Positions 23,092 to 36,400 of a DNA stretch of 64,000 nucleotides are shown piece after piece. Positions within the stretch are counted from its first letter, which is position 1; each line of letters starts with the position of its first letter. A program made the translations under genes and the position numbers. Below the pieces are notes generated by a model, which was not told where the DNA came from, did not search any database, and saw only the letters and a program-made list of their open reading frames with translations. The DNA comes from Hydrolagus affinis (taxonomy: Eukaryota): the NCBI GenBank assembly GCA_012026655.1, contig JAAILG010000257.1:1-64000 (forward strand), given 5' to 3'.

Positions 23092-26000
23092 CTTACTTTG
23101 AAAATCTTGGCATTGAAAACTGGCGTTATTGCAGAAAACGTCACCATTGTTAAAGGAAGCCTTATCTTGATCGACTCTTATTAGCCCAAGTATTTTGCCG
23201 ATGTTGTGTGCAGACTGTAATTGGCAAGATCATTAGGCTCACATTGTTTGTATTTCGTGGAACAAGTAGAGGAGACAAGTCAGGAATCAATGGTCCTAAG
23301 AGGATGTCAGGTGTTACACAATTATTTATGTTGATTCAAAATGAAAGACAGAATTTGCTGTACAGTTCAATTTGCTCCCTATACTGCACACCACCTGCCT
23401 GATAATACCCAAACTCTTGGTGTTTGCAGGTTCCGGGAAATTCTCTTAAACTTTGAATTGTTCCTTTCCGCGAGTATTGCACCCAGTATCACTCCGCTCA
23501 CTTTTGTCAATGGCAAATTCTTGGATGGGGGTGTCTCTAATCAAGATGACAGTAGGTCCCATTTTGTGTTGATGGACATTGTCCCAGTGGGAGAAGAGAG
23601 TGGCAAATATAATACAGTAGCTAGCAAACCAGAAAACCTAAGATGTGGTGTAAGCACAAGAGCATGTGCCACCGACAACTGGGAATTTATCAGCCAAATG
23701 AATGAAGTCAACAAGGAAAGCGGGAATCGTTAACTAAAGACGTCCTTTTTAGAATGTATGTGGAACATTCTGGGGGAACATATGTTAGAAAGGTGGACTT
23801 CTAAGCCAGGAGAGCAGAGTTCCAAAGTTCAGTTCATGAGATGGTGGGGTGCTGTTGTGCACTGTGTTGTGCGTTGCGGGGAAAAGAGGGGATTGGACTG
23901 AAACTCCATATTCAAGCACCCTTCTGATGAGGAAGTGGCTTCAATGGAGATTCCAGTCTGGGAGAATGTGGATGAACAACGTATCGATTTGAATGGTTTG
24001 GAGCAGATTTTTGTACACCAACATTGTCCAAGGGATTTTGAAAGAAACTATTCTGGAAGTGATTTGGGAGTCAGGCAAGTTTGTGTTTCCATTCTGTCCC
24101 AATCTGTCACTAGGTACAAAACCACTTTTAAAACCCCCCCAAAAATCCGTTACAAAATTCTACAAAAACAGTGAAGAAGTGTTTTTCATTCAGACAAAAA
24201 GGTTTTATGTAAAGCTGGTCCAGTGTTGCCACTTCAATGAAGCACTAACCTTTAATGAGCTCGACATGCCACCAGACAGGACACAATGCTTCTGCTCACA
24301 CAGCAAACTTCAATCAGCCCACCACATAACTTGGGTTACGCAGTTGGGATGGACAAGCTGTATTTTACCTGCAAACCATCTGGAATGCACCTCAACGTTG
24401 TCTGAATGGCACATTTGGGGATGCAAACGCTCAGACTCTAGCATTATGTGAAACAGAAATGCAAAGGGAACGATTGCAATTTTCTGGTTTCAAGCAACTT
24501 GTAGAGCAGCCTGCAGTGCTGAACGGGCCAATTTGAGAAGCGTTTGGGATGTAAAGGGAACTTACACCATCTTATTGCTCCTTGTGTTGCGGATATTGGA
24601 CTTTGCGTGCATTAAATGTCAATTTGTTCGTCAATGGAATGGCCTGAAGTGCTAATGGTCACGAGGACGTTCTATGTTTTCTTGGTATAATGCAGGTGAG
24701 ATGTTTACCAAATAAACGGCAGTGATCTCTTCAGTTTAGATGCTTCACACAGATAAACGTGTAACCATAGAGGATCATGTTTGAGCTGTAAAATTAGATT
24801 TATATCCTGGGTGAAAGGATAGTTTCACCGAGACAAGCAAATGAACCCATTTGGCGGAGATGGTCTGCTATGAAGTGTACCTTTTCCCCGTAAAAGCCTG
24901 TGGGTTGGTGTGGAAATACTGTATTGAAATAGTGTGAAACGATCAGTGGCTACTTAGCATATCCTGCATGTGTGAAACGTCTCTGTCCAGAGGAAGTGAG
25001 AGCAGTCATGTTAATGTGCCTTTAGATCACCAAAAAGATGGTATCTTTAAATGCTCACACTAAAGGTTCAAATGTTGCTGTATTTAATAGATTCTTTTGT
25101 GGATAAGCCTTTAAAGTCTCGTTTAGGTTTAAAAGTCAGGAGTAGGCTTGGTAAAATCTCCAGATAAATCAAGTGCTCTCTGTAATACCCCAGAGCTAAA
25201 ATCAATGAACAGGATAATTCTACTGCTTGTAATACACGTCCTTTCATGTTCTCCTACCCCTATCGCTGCCCCCAAAAAAGCAAAGATACTCTGGTTACAA
25301 CGCTAGGATTGGGATGCTGTTTTTTTTCCTTGCCATTTCTGTATTGTCCCGTCACCTCGAACGCATGTTTTAGCTGAAGGAAATGAGCAGGAAACTTCTG
25401 AATGCCAAAGGAAAGGAGGGAGTATGATTTTTGAAACCCTCTGAGATAAACTGATGCTAAAGGTTTGATGTCAAGTTGTCAGTTCCAAACGTGGCAACCG
25501 TTTGAATGCAAATACCCCTGTGCTATAGTGGAGCCTGTGCCAAAGTGGTTCTGGGAAGCGTGGTGTGTAAAGTGAATTGACTGGGTATTTTGCGAGCGAA
25601 GTGTACGCTAGATGCGCGCTCTCAATTGTCTTCAGTGTGTTGCCAGTGTCGTGCGATTGCTGCAAGAGATGTTTTGTTTTGAGCTAAATTTGTATTGTGC
25701 TTTAAAGTAATGTTACAGGAGGTGTTTGGGCCATTTTGTTTACACAGTGGAAGTGCAAACCTGAGTGAAAGTCTTCATTAATGCCAGGAATGCAAAGCAG
25801 GCAGTTTGGTTACAGGCGCAGAGGCCAGTAACCATTAGTATCTGTCAGGGAGCACAGAGAAGGGTCTGTCCTGGCTTTTCGCAGGGTGTGAATGATAGCA
25901 GGCCTTGGAATAAAGTGAAAATAAATACGTACATCTAGTATGCAAAACTCTGACCAAGATGACCTTTTGCACAGCCACAAAGAGTTTGTAAAGCCAGAAA

Positions 26001-26214
26001 CATTTTGCCATTTCACCGTAGCCTTGCCCATGTTTATTTATCACAGTTTTCTGAGAATGAATGTAGCGTGTTACTCAACGTTCCAGAGAAAGTGCCCGTC
26101 AAACGCTCCAGTTAGTGTTTAAGTGTTAATCCCACCATTTTAGCTCCTTCTTCCCTTTGGTGCCTGCCTGGTAAATTGAAAGTCGAGTGAACTGCTTTCT
26201 GGAGAATGGACCAA

Positions 26215-26436
26215 TCTCAGATTTTGTTCCCTCTCTGTGGAACAATCTCTCTTACTCCCTCCGCCTTACCCCCTCTCTCTCCCTTTTCCCGCCTGAAAAT
26301 CGTACTTACGTCCACCTCTCTCCCCCGCCGCCCCCCCCTCCCCCATACCCAGCTCAGAGTCAGGCCCCGCCTGTTAAGCAGCCTGAGACGCTACCCGCCG
26401 TGGCGGGCGCTATATAAATGCAAGTTGTTGTTGTTG
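26215..26436 (+). mobile_element. L2-type LINE 3' end (second tail variant)
   Basis: Reads FVPSLWNNLSYSLRLTPSLSLF (L2 ORF2 C-terminus APxLWNxLP..LR...SL..F), then C-rich UTR and gggcgctatataaatgcaagttgttgttgttg. Confidence 0.85.
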
Positions 26437-26503
26437 CCTCTGACGTTTCTAAAGTTTAACGGATCTTCTTAAGGATCACATTTTCACATGCAGTAAAAGT
26501 CGC

Positions 26504-26685
26504 GTAAGTCTTATCTGTTTAAATCGTATAATCACCGAGTTGTACATCTGCCCACATCCCATCGAAATCCCCATAACTTACGGAAATTTCACATAACTCA
26601 TACTTTGCATGAATCATATTAGAAGTATGATTCCCAACCGATGTGACTTATGTGAAGTTTACTGTTTAACCTTATAAAGACTTAC
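26504..26685. repeat. Nested inverted repeat, MITE-like fold-back
   Basis: gtaagtctt/aagacttac (26504-26512/26677-26685); 17-bp arms 26584-26600/26644-26660 (15/17); inner aatcata/tatgatt. Confidence 0.65.
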
Positions 26686-29265
26686 AAGCCCTTTTTCTTT
26701 GGTGACCCGACTGCTGTTTATGTGTCAGTGACAGGACTGTGCTCATTTTACAGCATGTAGAGGAGCCAATTGCCTTCACTTTGTTGGTCCATTACAAGGT
26801 ATCAATCTGGCTGAGAGGGTTTAATGAAGATATTAAAAATACGGAATTCTTGCACTACCTTTTACATCAGTGATTTATCTTCATTTATTGGTTAAGAATC
26901 AAACTCGCTCACATTAAAAGTGGCCGTGATATAGTGGCAGTGGGGAAATGGCGTTCGGCTTTCAGCAAGCGGCTGTCGTGAGGTGAGTTGGCAGAGGCCT
27001 GGAGGTGGGCGTGGGGGGGTGGGGGGGGTGGGGAGTGGGGGGGAAGGGAGCAGTGGGGAATACTGTGCTCAGTGAGAGATGTGAGCTGTCTATGAGAAAG
27101 CAGAGTTAGATTCCGCTGTGCTGGATTACAGCATTATTGCGATGTCAATAATGTTCTATTGAGTAGACTAAAACCAGAACAACGTCAGTAAACACTTTAT
27201 ACATTGGAGATCCTTATTGGGAAGCCAATAGTAATTTGGATTCTGACAGTTTGGATCAAATGAGTACCCAGTGATTCAGACGCATTTAGCATAGTACAGC
27301 ATTAGCACAGGGGTGGGGGAAGGAAGACTTATTTCTTTCTCCAGAAACTGGTTATTTACTCCACGCAAGACCAAGACTGCAGAGCAAAGTGCCCTCCCTT
27401 CCCTCGCCCCCACAACTTAACCCATTTGTTGCTGGCTTCAATTTGTTTGTCTTGCACCCAGGTTAAAAACGAAATAAATTTCAGCTCACTACTGACACAT
27501 TCAGGGTTCCACTTTCTCCACACAGTATTGTTATTTATTCCACCCACCATCCCCCCCCACCCCCAGCCGCCCCCCCACTCCCCCCCATCGCCATCTCTCC
27601 AATGCCAGCTCAACAAGTGACTTGTTCCCTGGCATCATTTAACAGTACTCGAGTCAGCTGTCAGGTGATGGGTGTGAACGCTCTGGTAGTTTATACCCCC
27701 TGCCCCCCCACCCCCCCCACGTTCTCTCTCAACAACAACTAATTATATTTGTAAAATGCCTTTTACAAAGAGGATGTCCCAACTGGCTCTCATCCCTATC
27801 CTGTGAGAAATCGCCTCCTGGCAACCCAGGAATTCTCTGTGGAGGGAGAGAATTCTTTTTAAAGCTGGACACAGTTTGGGGAGTGTTTAAACCTCCCTAA
27901 TTTTTTTTTCTGCAGCTTTTGGTGTCTGAAGCGGAGGAGTGTGAAGTTTGGCACTCTGTTTAGGAACACTTTTGAATCATGTTTAAACGTCTTTGCCCGA
28001 CCTTGTTCATTTAACCTCAGCAATCCATGTAACATCGTTTGCCTACTTCAGAGCCTGTGATGTGGCAGCCAGCATCAGCCCCCCAAAAAACAACTTGCGA
28101 CCACGAGAACTGATAGTATTATCATTTGCAAACGTGGGCTTTGTTCGACTTTGCACTGGTCGACTGCTGAAGTGTGGTCTAAAGGCTGAATGTCTGGTCT
28201 CGTTTTAACTGGCAGCATAATAATACCCTCTAAGAGTATCATCTTAATCCAGCAGCGCTACTTTTAATCGTTCTTGACTTTAAGTGTCTTGAAAGTGAGG
28301 TAAACCCCCTGCCTGATTCTTCTGGCTGTAAGACGCATGAAGGGTTGTCTTATCATTTTGTAGAGGTCTTTGATCTTTCTGACCTGGGCCAGACAGGAAA
28401 TTCACTGGTGAAATCAGTTCCCAGAACGGATTCCCCACTGTTTCTCTATCTACCAGATCACAACCATACTCACTTGCTGTGATGTTGTCTTGGAGAACGA
28501 GAGAGTGTGTGTTTTTCTGTATGTGTGTGTGTGTGTGGAGGGGGTGGGGGTGGGGGGCACTGAAGAGAGAGAGAGAGGGGGAGGTGGGGGGGAAGGAAGA
28601 TTGGCTGTTGAATAGGCGAGTGCGTTTGTGTGAATTGGAGGCTATGCTTCTTCTCTTCCTTTCACATACGTCAGTCACCTTGTCACGTAACTCTATTTTT
28701 AATCAAGTGGTACATTTGAAGATGTTTGTGTGCGGGCTGAGAAGCTGTTGAATCACATAGGGAAAGTGCACCCACTTTGAAAAATGCTGTTTTCACTTCG
28801 TAAGGGCCATTGTGATAATGGTTTGCACTCGGGCCCTGGGAGTGTACATTGCTTTGGCAAATTTCTAAGTTCACGTATCAACAAGGACCCACTTGGAACA
28901 CAATTACACAAATGTAGCGTCGGGAGAGCTTGTTTCAACTTGAGGTTTCTGTAGCTGTTTATTTCGCATATATTTATCTGTGTTCGGGTGTGCTTTTACC
29001 TGCTAAAGTGAATATCGTTCAGTTGTTCCAAAGTTTGCTGACCTCTCTCGATTTTGTTTCAGTTAATATTTCGAGTAATAACAATAAGTGTTATTGTCAA
29101 ATGCAAGGACTATAAGTGCCGTGTACCACATTTGAATAACAAACCCAGATTTTAAGACAAAATATTAATTTAAAGTCTTTAATGATTGGTTGGGGAGTAA
29201 AGCCATCATTACCAACCAGCAGAGGCAGGGCTGTGCCGTTCAGGGCATAGGTTTGATTTGGATGT

Positions 29266-29556
29266 GGAGTCCTGCAGCTCAGTGGATGGAGCACTCGCCT
29301 TACCAGCGTGAATCCAGGCAGGTCAGGGCGAAACCTTGGGCAAGTTTCGTTACTCCACACGCCTAATAATAATCCGTCCAAAAAAAATAATAAAATGGGT
29401 CATTTCAATCCCTGACTGTTTGTGGGACGCTGCTGTGCGCAATTGGTGTTTCGCCCACGGATATGCAGTCAATTCACTTTACAGTGTATTCTGTAATGCG
29501 CTTTGAGACATCTAGAAGCTGTAAAAAGCGCTATACTAAATGCAAGGATTATTATA
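29266..29556 (+). mobile_element. Full-length tRNA-derived SINE (short subfamily)
   Basis: Head ggagtcctgcagctcagtggatggagcactcgccttacc; cgaaaccttgggcaagtt; ctgtttgtgggacgctgctgtgcgcaattgg; tail gcgctatactaaatgcaaggattatt. Confidence 0.92.
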
Positions 29557-31719
29557 TTTGCGGCTCACATCGGTAAATTTTCTCAGCTCAAACAACGCTT
29601 TGAAAGTCACTACACTGACTTCAGTGTCCCTGGTCTATTGAGGGTCCATGTCACTATCCAGAAAGCTCCACACTCCTCTATAAAGGCGATTGTGTATGTG
29701 TGGTACGTGAGGACTGAGCCGGGCTAGGCTGTGATTCCCTGCCGAAGATCTCTGTCAAGGTCCATGCGAGAATTATTGTCACTTTGACTTTCAGAAAGGG
29801 GGCCATCAATTAAAAGATGATCCTCAAGAGGAGAGGATTTTAAACTTAACGCCAAAAGAATACCAATTGTTTCTGTCAGAGGTTAAAACCCGTTAAGGCA
29901 GCATGATGACTGTCATGCAGACCAGAAGGATGGTGGGTGCTCAATGCATGTGACAGACGAGACAAGCACTTAGTCAGAGTTTGGGAGGGTTGTTTGAAAG
30001 CAGCGAAGGAGATGATATTTCACATGGGCTGAGAAGGTTGGTAAACAGAATGCACAGATGTTAGCATCGCTTGTATTGATTGTGTGAGCGGGGTCACGTC
30101 TGGGAGCACTGGGTTGACCTTTGCTACACACAGGGGTGAGCAACGTTCAGAATGTGCCCTTTAACTCTTACGGGCCTGAACCTTTAACAATTCAAAGGAC
30201 ATTATTCTGTCCCATTAAATAACTTCACAGGCTATTCAGTGTGGGCAGCTGACTGCTTAAAATATCATGGGAGACAAATTTACAAGCGCTTTCTCTTGCT
30301 GTCCAACTCTGATTATTGTGCTTGTTCGCCCTTGTAGCTATTCGCACTGCTGTTTGTCCCTCTCTTTAATGAAGGCCTGGGGAGTGATGCAGCTCGGTAG
30401 CGGAAGCAGAGTAAAGCCTAAAGATCACAGTGGGTTTTTTTGTGACTTCTGAGTTGGTGGCAGCTCACATGTAGAGCAGGAATAGCATTGTGCTGGGGAA
30501 GTGGGGAAGTGAAACTCGGATTACAGCGAGCAGTGATTCCACTGGCTCGTCATCATCACCACCACGCAATCGACCATCAGGGAAACAAAACACTTTCAGT
30601 TCAGCATCCCAAAAGTTCAGCGTTGCCTGCGTCTATCCGGTCAGCACTTCACCTTCTTAAAAACTGGGAGTTATACGGAAGTTGGCCGTGGATCCCTTAA
30701 TGCCATTTTAGTTCTAAAATCGATCTGCGTATTTAACATTGGAAGTTATTTTTATTTACAGCTTGCGAACGACTGTTTTGATAGCTCATAGATCATTAAC
30801 CAATGTCTAAAATCCCAACGAACCTTTGCACGATTTTTGCCCGAAGTGACACTATGCTATGTGTTAGCTGTGCTGCGCGGAAATTGTTGATTTGATGTCA
30901 GATGTCCTATTGAACTGGACAACACACTTAACTAAAGGATAAAGATATAAACTTGCAGGGGGCCTTGGGCTGCAGGGCATAATCTGCATTGGATTTTTAG
31001 CAACTCAAGTTTTCATAAAAGTGTTTAATTCCCCCGCCCCTTCCTCCCTCACTCAATACCAAACTCCAGTCATGTGGTCGTCAGTTGACTTGATGCCAGA
31101 TTCAGAGAATTCAGTGAGTGATTATCCTTGTTGTTGTTGTCAGATCTTGATACATTTGTGCCAAGTACCGAAACCCATCTTCCTTGTCTGTTATATAAAC
31201 AAGCTCCACAGTTAGTAAAGCATCACTTCAGCTTTCCAGAGAGAAAGGGAGCTCTGTTTTATTTCAATTGTTTATTGGGATATGTTTTTTTTATCTGTGT
31301 TTGCATTTGTTAATGTAACCAGTCATGATGCCAACACACTGTAGTGGCAGAATGTTTCGTTTTGAGATCTCAAACCTTGCGACCAAACATGAAAGAGCAA
31401 TGTTTTGCAAAGGGATGAATCACATTGTTACACAAATTGAGCTGTTTTTATGCACAGTTGAGATTTAGGATCTGGTTACAAATGGCTATTTTTGCTGATC
31501 CGTGCTCTGCAATTTTTTAAAAATCGGATCTGAAGGCCTTTGGATATTCATTAGTTATTTCTATATGAATGTATAAGGAGCTGTAAGTCTGCAATTTACT
31601 TTCACTCTACAGTTTCTCTCCCTGTCATCCCCTCCAGTGTATGTATACACATAGTTCAGGAGAGGACCCTGATTTGGTAAAGTAAGGTTAAATGTACTTC
31701 CTGCCTGCTCCATTTCCTT

Positions 31720-32060
31720 CAGGTGATGCCCATTTTCATTTCATCCCATTCACTTCAGCATCGTTAGAAGCATTGCTGTACGTTCCTCGGGGAAAGGAGG
31801 GAGAGCCAAGCCACCTGTCGGCTCTCCCCAAATCCCAAAGTAAAACTAACCCACTGCAACGCAGTACATCCCCATCGGCAAATCTTCTCCTTCCTCTGCT
31901 CAATACTCGTCGTGCCCCTATCTTGAAGAATGCAGAAAGCCCTTCGCTCTGGGAGGTGAAGCTGAGAATGGTCATCACGGGCCATGTGATTTAAAGCTCT
32001 CTGAGACGCCGTCCGGCGTGGAGGGCGCTGTATAAATCTAAGTTGTTGTTGTTGTTGTTG
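31720..32060 (+). mobile_element. Decayed L2 ORF2 C-terminus plus 3' tail
   Basis: ORF 31692-31994 contains PSHLSALP...LQRST..ANLLLP...SPSLW (cf. PxYLSELL...LRS...LL.VP...APxLWN); tail gagggcgctgtataaatctaagttgttgttg. Confidence 0.7.
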
Positions 32061-33997
32061 TGTGCGCGTGTCAGAATGAGGGAAGGAAGGTGGGGAAGTT
32101 CAGGAACTCCGCATTGTATGTACCTCACCCCGCTCTGCTCGATTTCCACCTAACCCAGACCAACCAGTATGTGCACACCTCTGATCATGTCCCCACCTCC
32201 TCTGGGATGGAGATCGTGGATGGGCCACTCGGTGTATGCCTTGCCTTCCGCTGCCCACCTCCCCACCCGCACAGATAGAGTAATTGACCACGACACCTGT
32301 CAATCAGGAGGTGATGCACTCTCTAAGCCTGAAGCTACTCAGATCCCAGACAAAAGAAAACCCATGACACCTGTCGGTGAAGAGCATCACCCTAACTTGG
32401 TGAGCTGGGAAGGAGCCTAGGCATCTGCGTGCGTCCGTGAAACCTGTAGCTCACCAGGTACACTGTTGCACCGAGAAAGCTTGCGACTATTTTCACTTTT
32501 TATTTATATTTCTAAAAGAAAAAACACAGGGAGAGTCTTGTGAGCCGGGCGCTGCAGGCGGCTTGCCAAATCCTATTTTAGTCTGTGGTGCGAGTTACAA
32601 GTGCTCAGGTGCAGCAAACATTGGCGAGGAGAAGTGGGCCTAAGGCAAACAAAAGGATAGGCAGAGCGCCACTTCCATTCAGGTGATTGTCTTGCTCGTC
32701 TTGCAAAGGTGGAAAGCCTGAGGCCTAGCTCACTTTGACAGCTTGACAGACGATTCGGGAGAGCTGTCTGTAGCACTACTAATAAGTTGAATTTGTAAGG
32801 CCGTTTTTTTTTCCCCCCCGTTGCCTTCAAAGTCCTTTATTTATTTTTTGGCTTTCATATTTGTTTCTTTGATACAAGGACTGCACAGCTGTGTTTCTGT
32901 CTCTCTCTCTCTCTCTCCTTGCAAAGCCTCAAAGCCTAACCTTGACTTTCTAATGGAAATGCACAGGAGATAGTGCGGCGTCTGGCTCTGCTCAGATTCT
33001 TCTTAAAAAGTTTTATTCTAGGTGTTGTGGGGGTGGGGTGGGGGGTGGGGGGGGCACCGATATTCCATCACTATTCAACGTTGGTTAAACGCAACTCTAG
33101 ACCGTGATTTATAATCCGACCATATTTGCTGAGTGCTAATCGGACACGTCTTGTTTTGTTGTTGGCTGAGCAAGTACACAGGAAATGACTGACATCTTTT
33201 AAACATTTTTCCCGTCTGAATTAACAAAGGTTATTTTAACAAGTGACCTCTGTGGTACTGTCCGTAAATCCAGTGGGCAACAGAATTACAGGATTGAAGC
33301 AAATCGTGGTTTCCTCAAGAGCTTTCTCTCTCTCTCTCTCTCTCTCTCGCTCCCCCCTCCCCTCTTCCCATCCACTCCTCCAAACCCCCCCCGCCCCCAC
33401 TCCCCCACCAAAAAAAACCTTCCCTGATAATTGAACAACCATAAATGACCAGAAGCTGGGCTTAGGATTGATTTGGGTTTAACTGTGAAATAGACATTTT
33501 TCATTTGCATCGTGGATGTGTTTTTTTTTGTTCAATAGAAAAACTTCACTGTACTTTCTTTGTAATCGCAACGAAAGCACACCTATCAGCCAGTCCTTTG
33601 TGTGTTTCGAAGTGACACATCACCTGACTTTGATCCTATTCACTTTGTGCAGTAACTAACTTGGCTCCCATTGTTTTAAAGATCGTGGGACTACACGCAT
33701 CTGTCATTTCCTGCACACACTGTGCAGAAGAGACAACAAAAGTCGCTTTTTTTGTTCCCGGTTAGATTAATTACAGGCTTCGATGCTTGACATCACTGGC
33801 TGTTTACCTGGAGGTTTGGCACCGACTCACAGCCGTTCTGCTGGGCATGAAGTAAAATTCTAAGTTAATGGCTGATTTTATGGCAGGTTCTTTTAATTCC
33901 TTTCCTTAATTGCACAGTGTGCTTTGGTGACAGGTTTCCTTAAATCGTAACACAGCTTTGCTCCTGCGTTTCACAAGCTAAGCATTATGTGCTATGT

Positions 33998-34186
33998 GAA
34001 GCAGAAAAATGCTGGTAATGGGCAGCTCAGCATGTCAGTCAGCACCTGAGAGAGCAGGCAGGTAAATGTTTCCTTTTCTGAGGTTTCTTTCTACCTGAAT
34101 TGATGAACTGTTCATTTTTTTTCCCCCCTCTGTCAGAATTCTCGTTCACCTGCTTTTACCTTTCCAGCATCCTTCTGTTTTGATTT
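33998..34186. mobile_element. Fold-back repeat resembling the common shark Penelope-related terminal element
   Basis: aagcagaaaaatgctggta pairs with ttccagcatccttctgttt (15/19); internal ctcagcatgtcagtcagcacctgagagag recalls the shark element ATGCTGGAAATACTCAGCAGGTCAGGCAGCATCTGTGGAGAG. Confidence 0.6.
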
Positions 34187-34362
34187 CTATTTTTAAGAAC
34201 TTTTGTTTTTCTTTTTATCTGTTATTCACTCTTCCTTGTTTGGCCATCTACTGATTCTGCTGAATCCTTTCTGAATCACGTTGATCATCATCAAACTACT
34301 GTATGTAGTAGTGCAGGCCAGAAAGTCCCACAAACAGGCTTTCAAAAATAAAATTCCTTATC

Positions 34363-34600
34363 AATGATCCTCTGTCCTTCACGTAAAAAGGAAGTCTCAA
34401 AGCGCTTCACAGGAATGATTGATGTGTGTTTTGGTCAGCAAACACAGCAGTTAATTTGCACACAGCAACGTCCCAAGAACATCCATGGAGTGAATGACCA
34501 ACGTTATCCGAGGGACTGTGGGCCAAGACAACGAGGGAAAGCTCCTTTCTATTTTCAAATTATGTCAAGGGATCTTTAGCATCCGCCTGAACAGGCACCA
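34363..34600 (-). mobile_element. Old Deu-SINE tail plus core
   Basis: gtctcaaagcgcttcacagg...aatttgcacacagcaacgtccca...aatgacca...ggccaagaca...gggatctttagcatccgcctgaacaggca. Confidence 0.82.
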
Positions 34601-35184
34601 CTGTTCTTTGAGAATGATGCTCTGCACGGCACGAAGGTTATTGGAGGCTCCTTACGGCCAATTTGTTCAACGATTGTTCAACTGATAATAAGAGGCTAGG
34701 ATCTGGAGTTTGTTGGCAAACATTATCAACCAGGTGCCCGGTGCTGAGCACTGTACTTTGTTTTCAGGTGTACGTTTGTGGGCCTTGAATACACTGACTA
34801 TGACAGGGAATAAATTCACAATGAGCCTTTGAGTTGGGCTCACTGTATTTGAGTAGATCAGGGAGATGATCAGACCAGAGCCACTGCCGGGGAATGTTAG
34901 GGGATGGAGGGTTATAATGTCACATTATTTTAAAGAAGGTCCCTGACCTTGTTTTGTTAAATATCTGAAAGGGAATCCAAGGCTGATGAGTGTGAATCTT
35001 GGAAATATAGGTATTGTCAGCCTTCGGTCAAAACTATCGTGCAAATGACCCACCACGGCAGCCCAGTTTAAATCAGTTTACTGGCGGAGGATAGGTCTTG
35101 CTCAACTTGATTGACACCTATAATTTTTTTTTTAAATAGTTGAATTGCCAACGCATTGCTGGGGAGAAATTCCATCTGGGTCTA

Positions 35185-35328
35185 TTTATGGACATAGCTG
35201 TGCACAACTGGCTGCCGGGTTTTGCCCACAAAATGCGTAGTCAATCCACCTTGTGGTGTATCCTATATAGCGCTCGAAGACGTGATGAGATGCTATATTA
35301 AATGCAAGGATTATTATTATTATTATTA
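35185..35328 (+). mobile_element. Deu-type SINE 3' tail
   Basis: gctgtgcacaactggctgccgggttttgcccacaaaa...gaagacgtgatgagatgctatattaaatgcaaggattattattatt. Confidence 0.88.
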
Positions 35329-35761
35329 CTCTCTGGCAGGGTTTCTGCTGTTTATTCAGCCAGGATCACCTCAGGGTTAATGGGAGCCAAGTGGGGAGAA
35401 ATCCACACTCCAGTTTTGTATCCAGCAACGGACGGGAATGGACGAATCACTTTTCGACATTTTCTCTCTGTCTCGAGAAGTGGTCAAACAATGCAGTAAT
35501 TAGAACTTTATTAACCAGCAGTAACAACTAACAGTCTATGGTTTACTCTAGCAAGCATTATGTTTGAGTCTTACCTTATTTCAACTGTGTTAAGTTAATT
35601 TCAAATGCCTCGTTAAGTGTCCCTGGGGATGTTGAGTAACCCCAGATATCTGAGTGCTGCTAAAGACATTACGATGGATTGGAATCGAACGCTGGAGCTC
35701 CTTTTCCGAGCTTCTCGGGCTATGGCCAGATCCTTGGTCAGTGTGAGCATTTGGCTTCCAG

Positions 35762-35785
35762 GTGTGTGTGTGTGTGTGTGTGTGT
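35762..35785. repeat. (GT)n microsatellite
   Basis: Perfect gt run. Confidence 0.95.
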
Positions 35786-36344
35786 AACATTTTGCTCAAT
35801 GGAACAATTGAATATCAGAGAACACAAAGTTCTTTGTACCTGATGACTCGGTGAATAACTTGGCCTTTTGTCGGAGTTAATCTGTGACCTCTTCAAGTCT
35901 ACATTTACACATTATATGTGAGTGGGTCAGACAAGCCAGAGCACTTCTGGAGTCCTAGAAACCCAAGCAAGTTTGGGTGTATTGATTTCCCTCTGACCTG
36001 CACCTCCCCTGTACTGCTGTGTGCCTTGTGTCTCATTTCAATGAGCATTAAACCCTCAGACCTTTCCAAATCTGCTTTCATGTGTATCTTTTCATCACAG
36101 CCATTGGCTATATTGGACATTGAGACTCTGAACCACGTTTCCCATCCCCCACCCCCATTCTTTCAGCCGATGGCTGCTCTCTATTGTTTATGATCTGATC
36201 GATAATTGAACTGATTATTGTGGGTCATTTTTACGTTGAAGTGAATTTTGATATCCAGCGTTTCCATTCACTACACGTCAAAACAGCGCTCCCAATGTGT
36301 GGAGAGTTGCCCCTCTGTAGGTGTACCTTGTGCTGTGTCACCGT

Positions 36345-36400
36345 TTTCAACGCCTTCGGACATTGTCCCGACTATATAAATGCAATTTTCGTTGTTGTTG
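36345..36400 (+). mobile_element. L2-type tail with internal deletion
   Basis: caacgccttcggacattgtcccgactatataaatgcaattttcgttgttgttg. Confidence 0.6.

Noticed and set aside
23341-23800. 130-aa ORF after a tttgcag acceptor, and a nearby FLECMW motif resembling CR1 endonuclease
   Set aside because: No recognisable protein, no matching donor; the CR1 similarity rests on one short motif.
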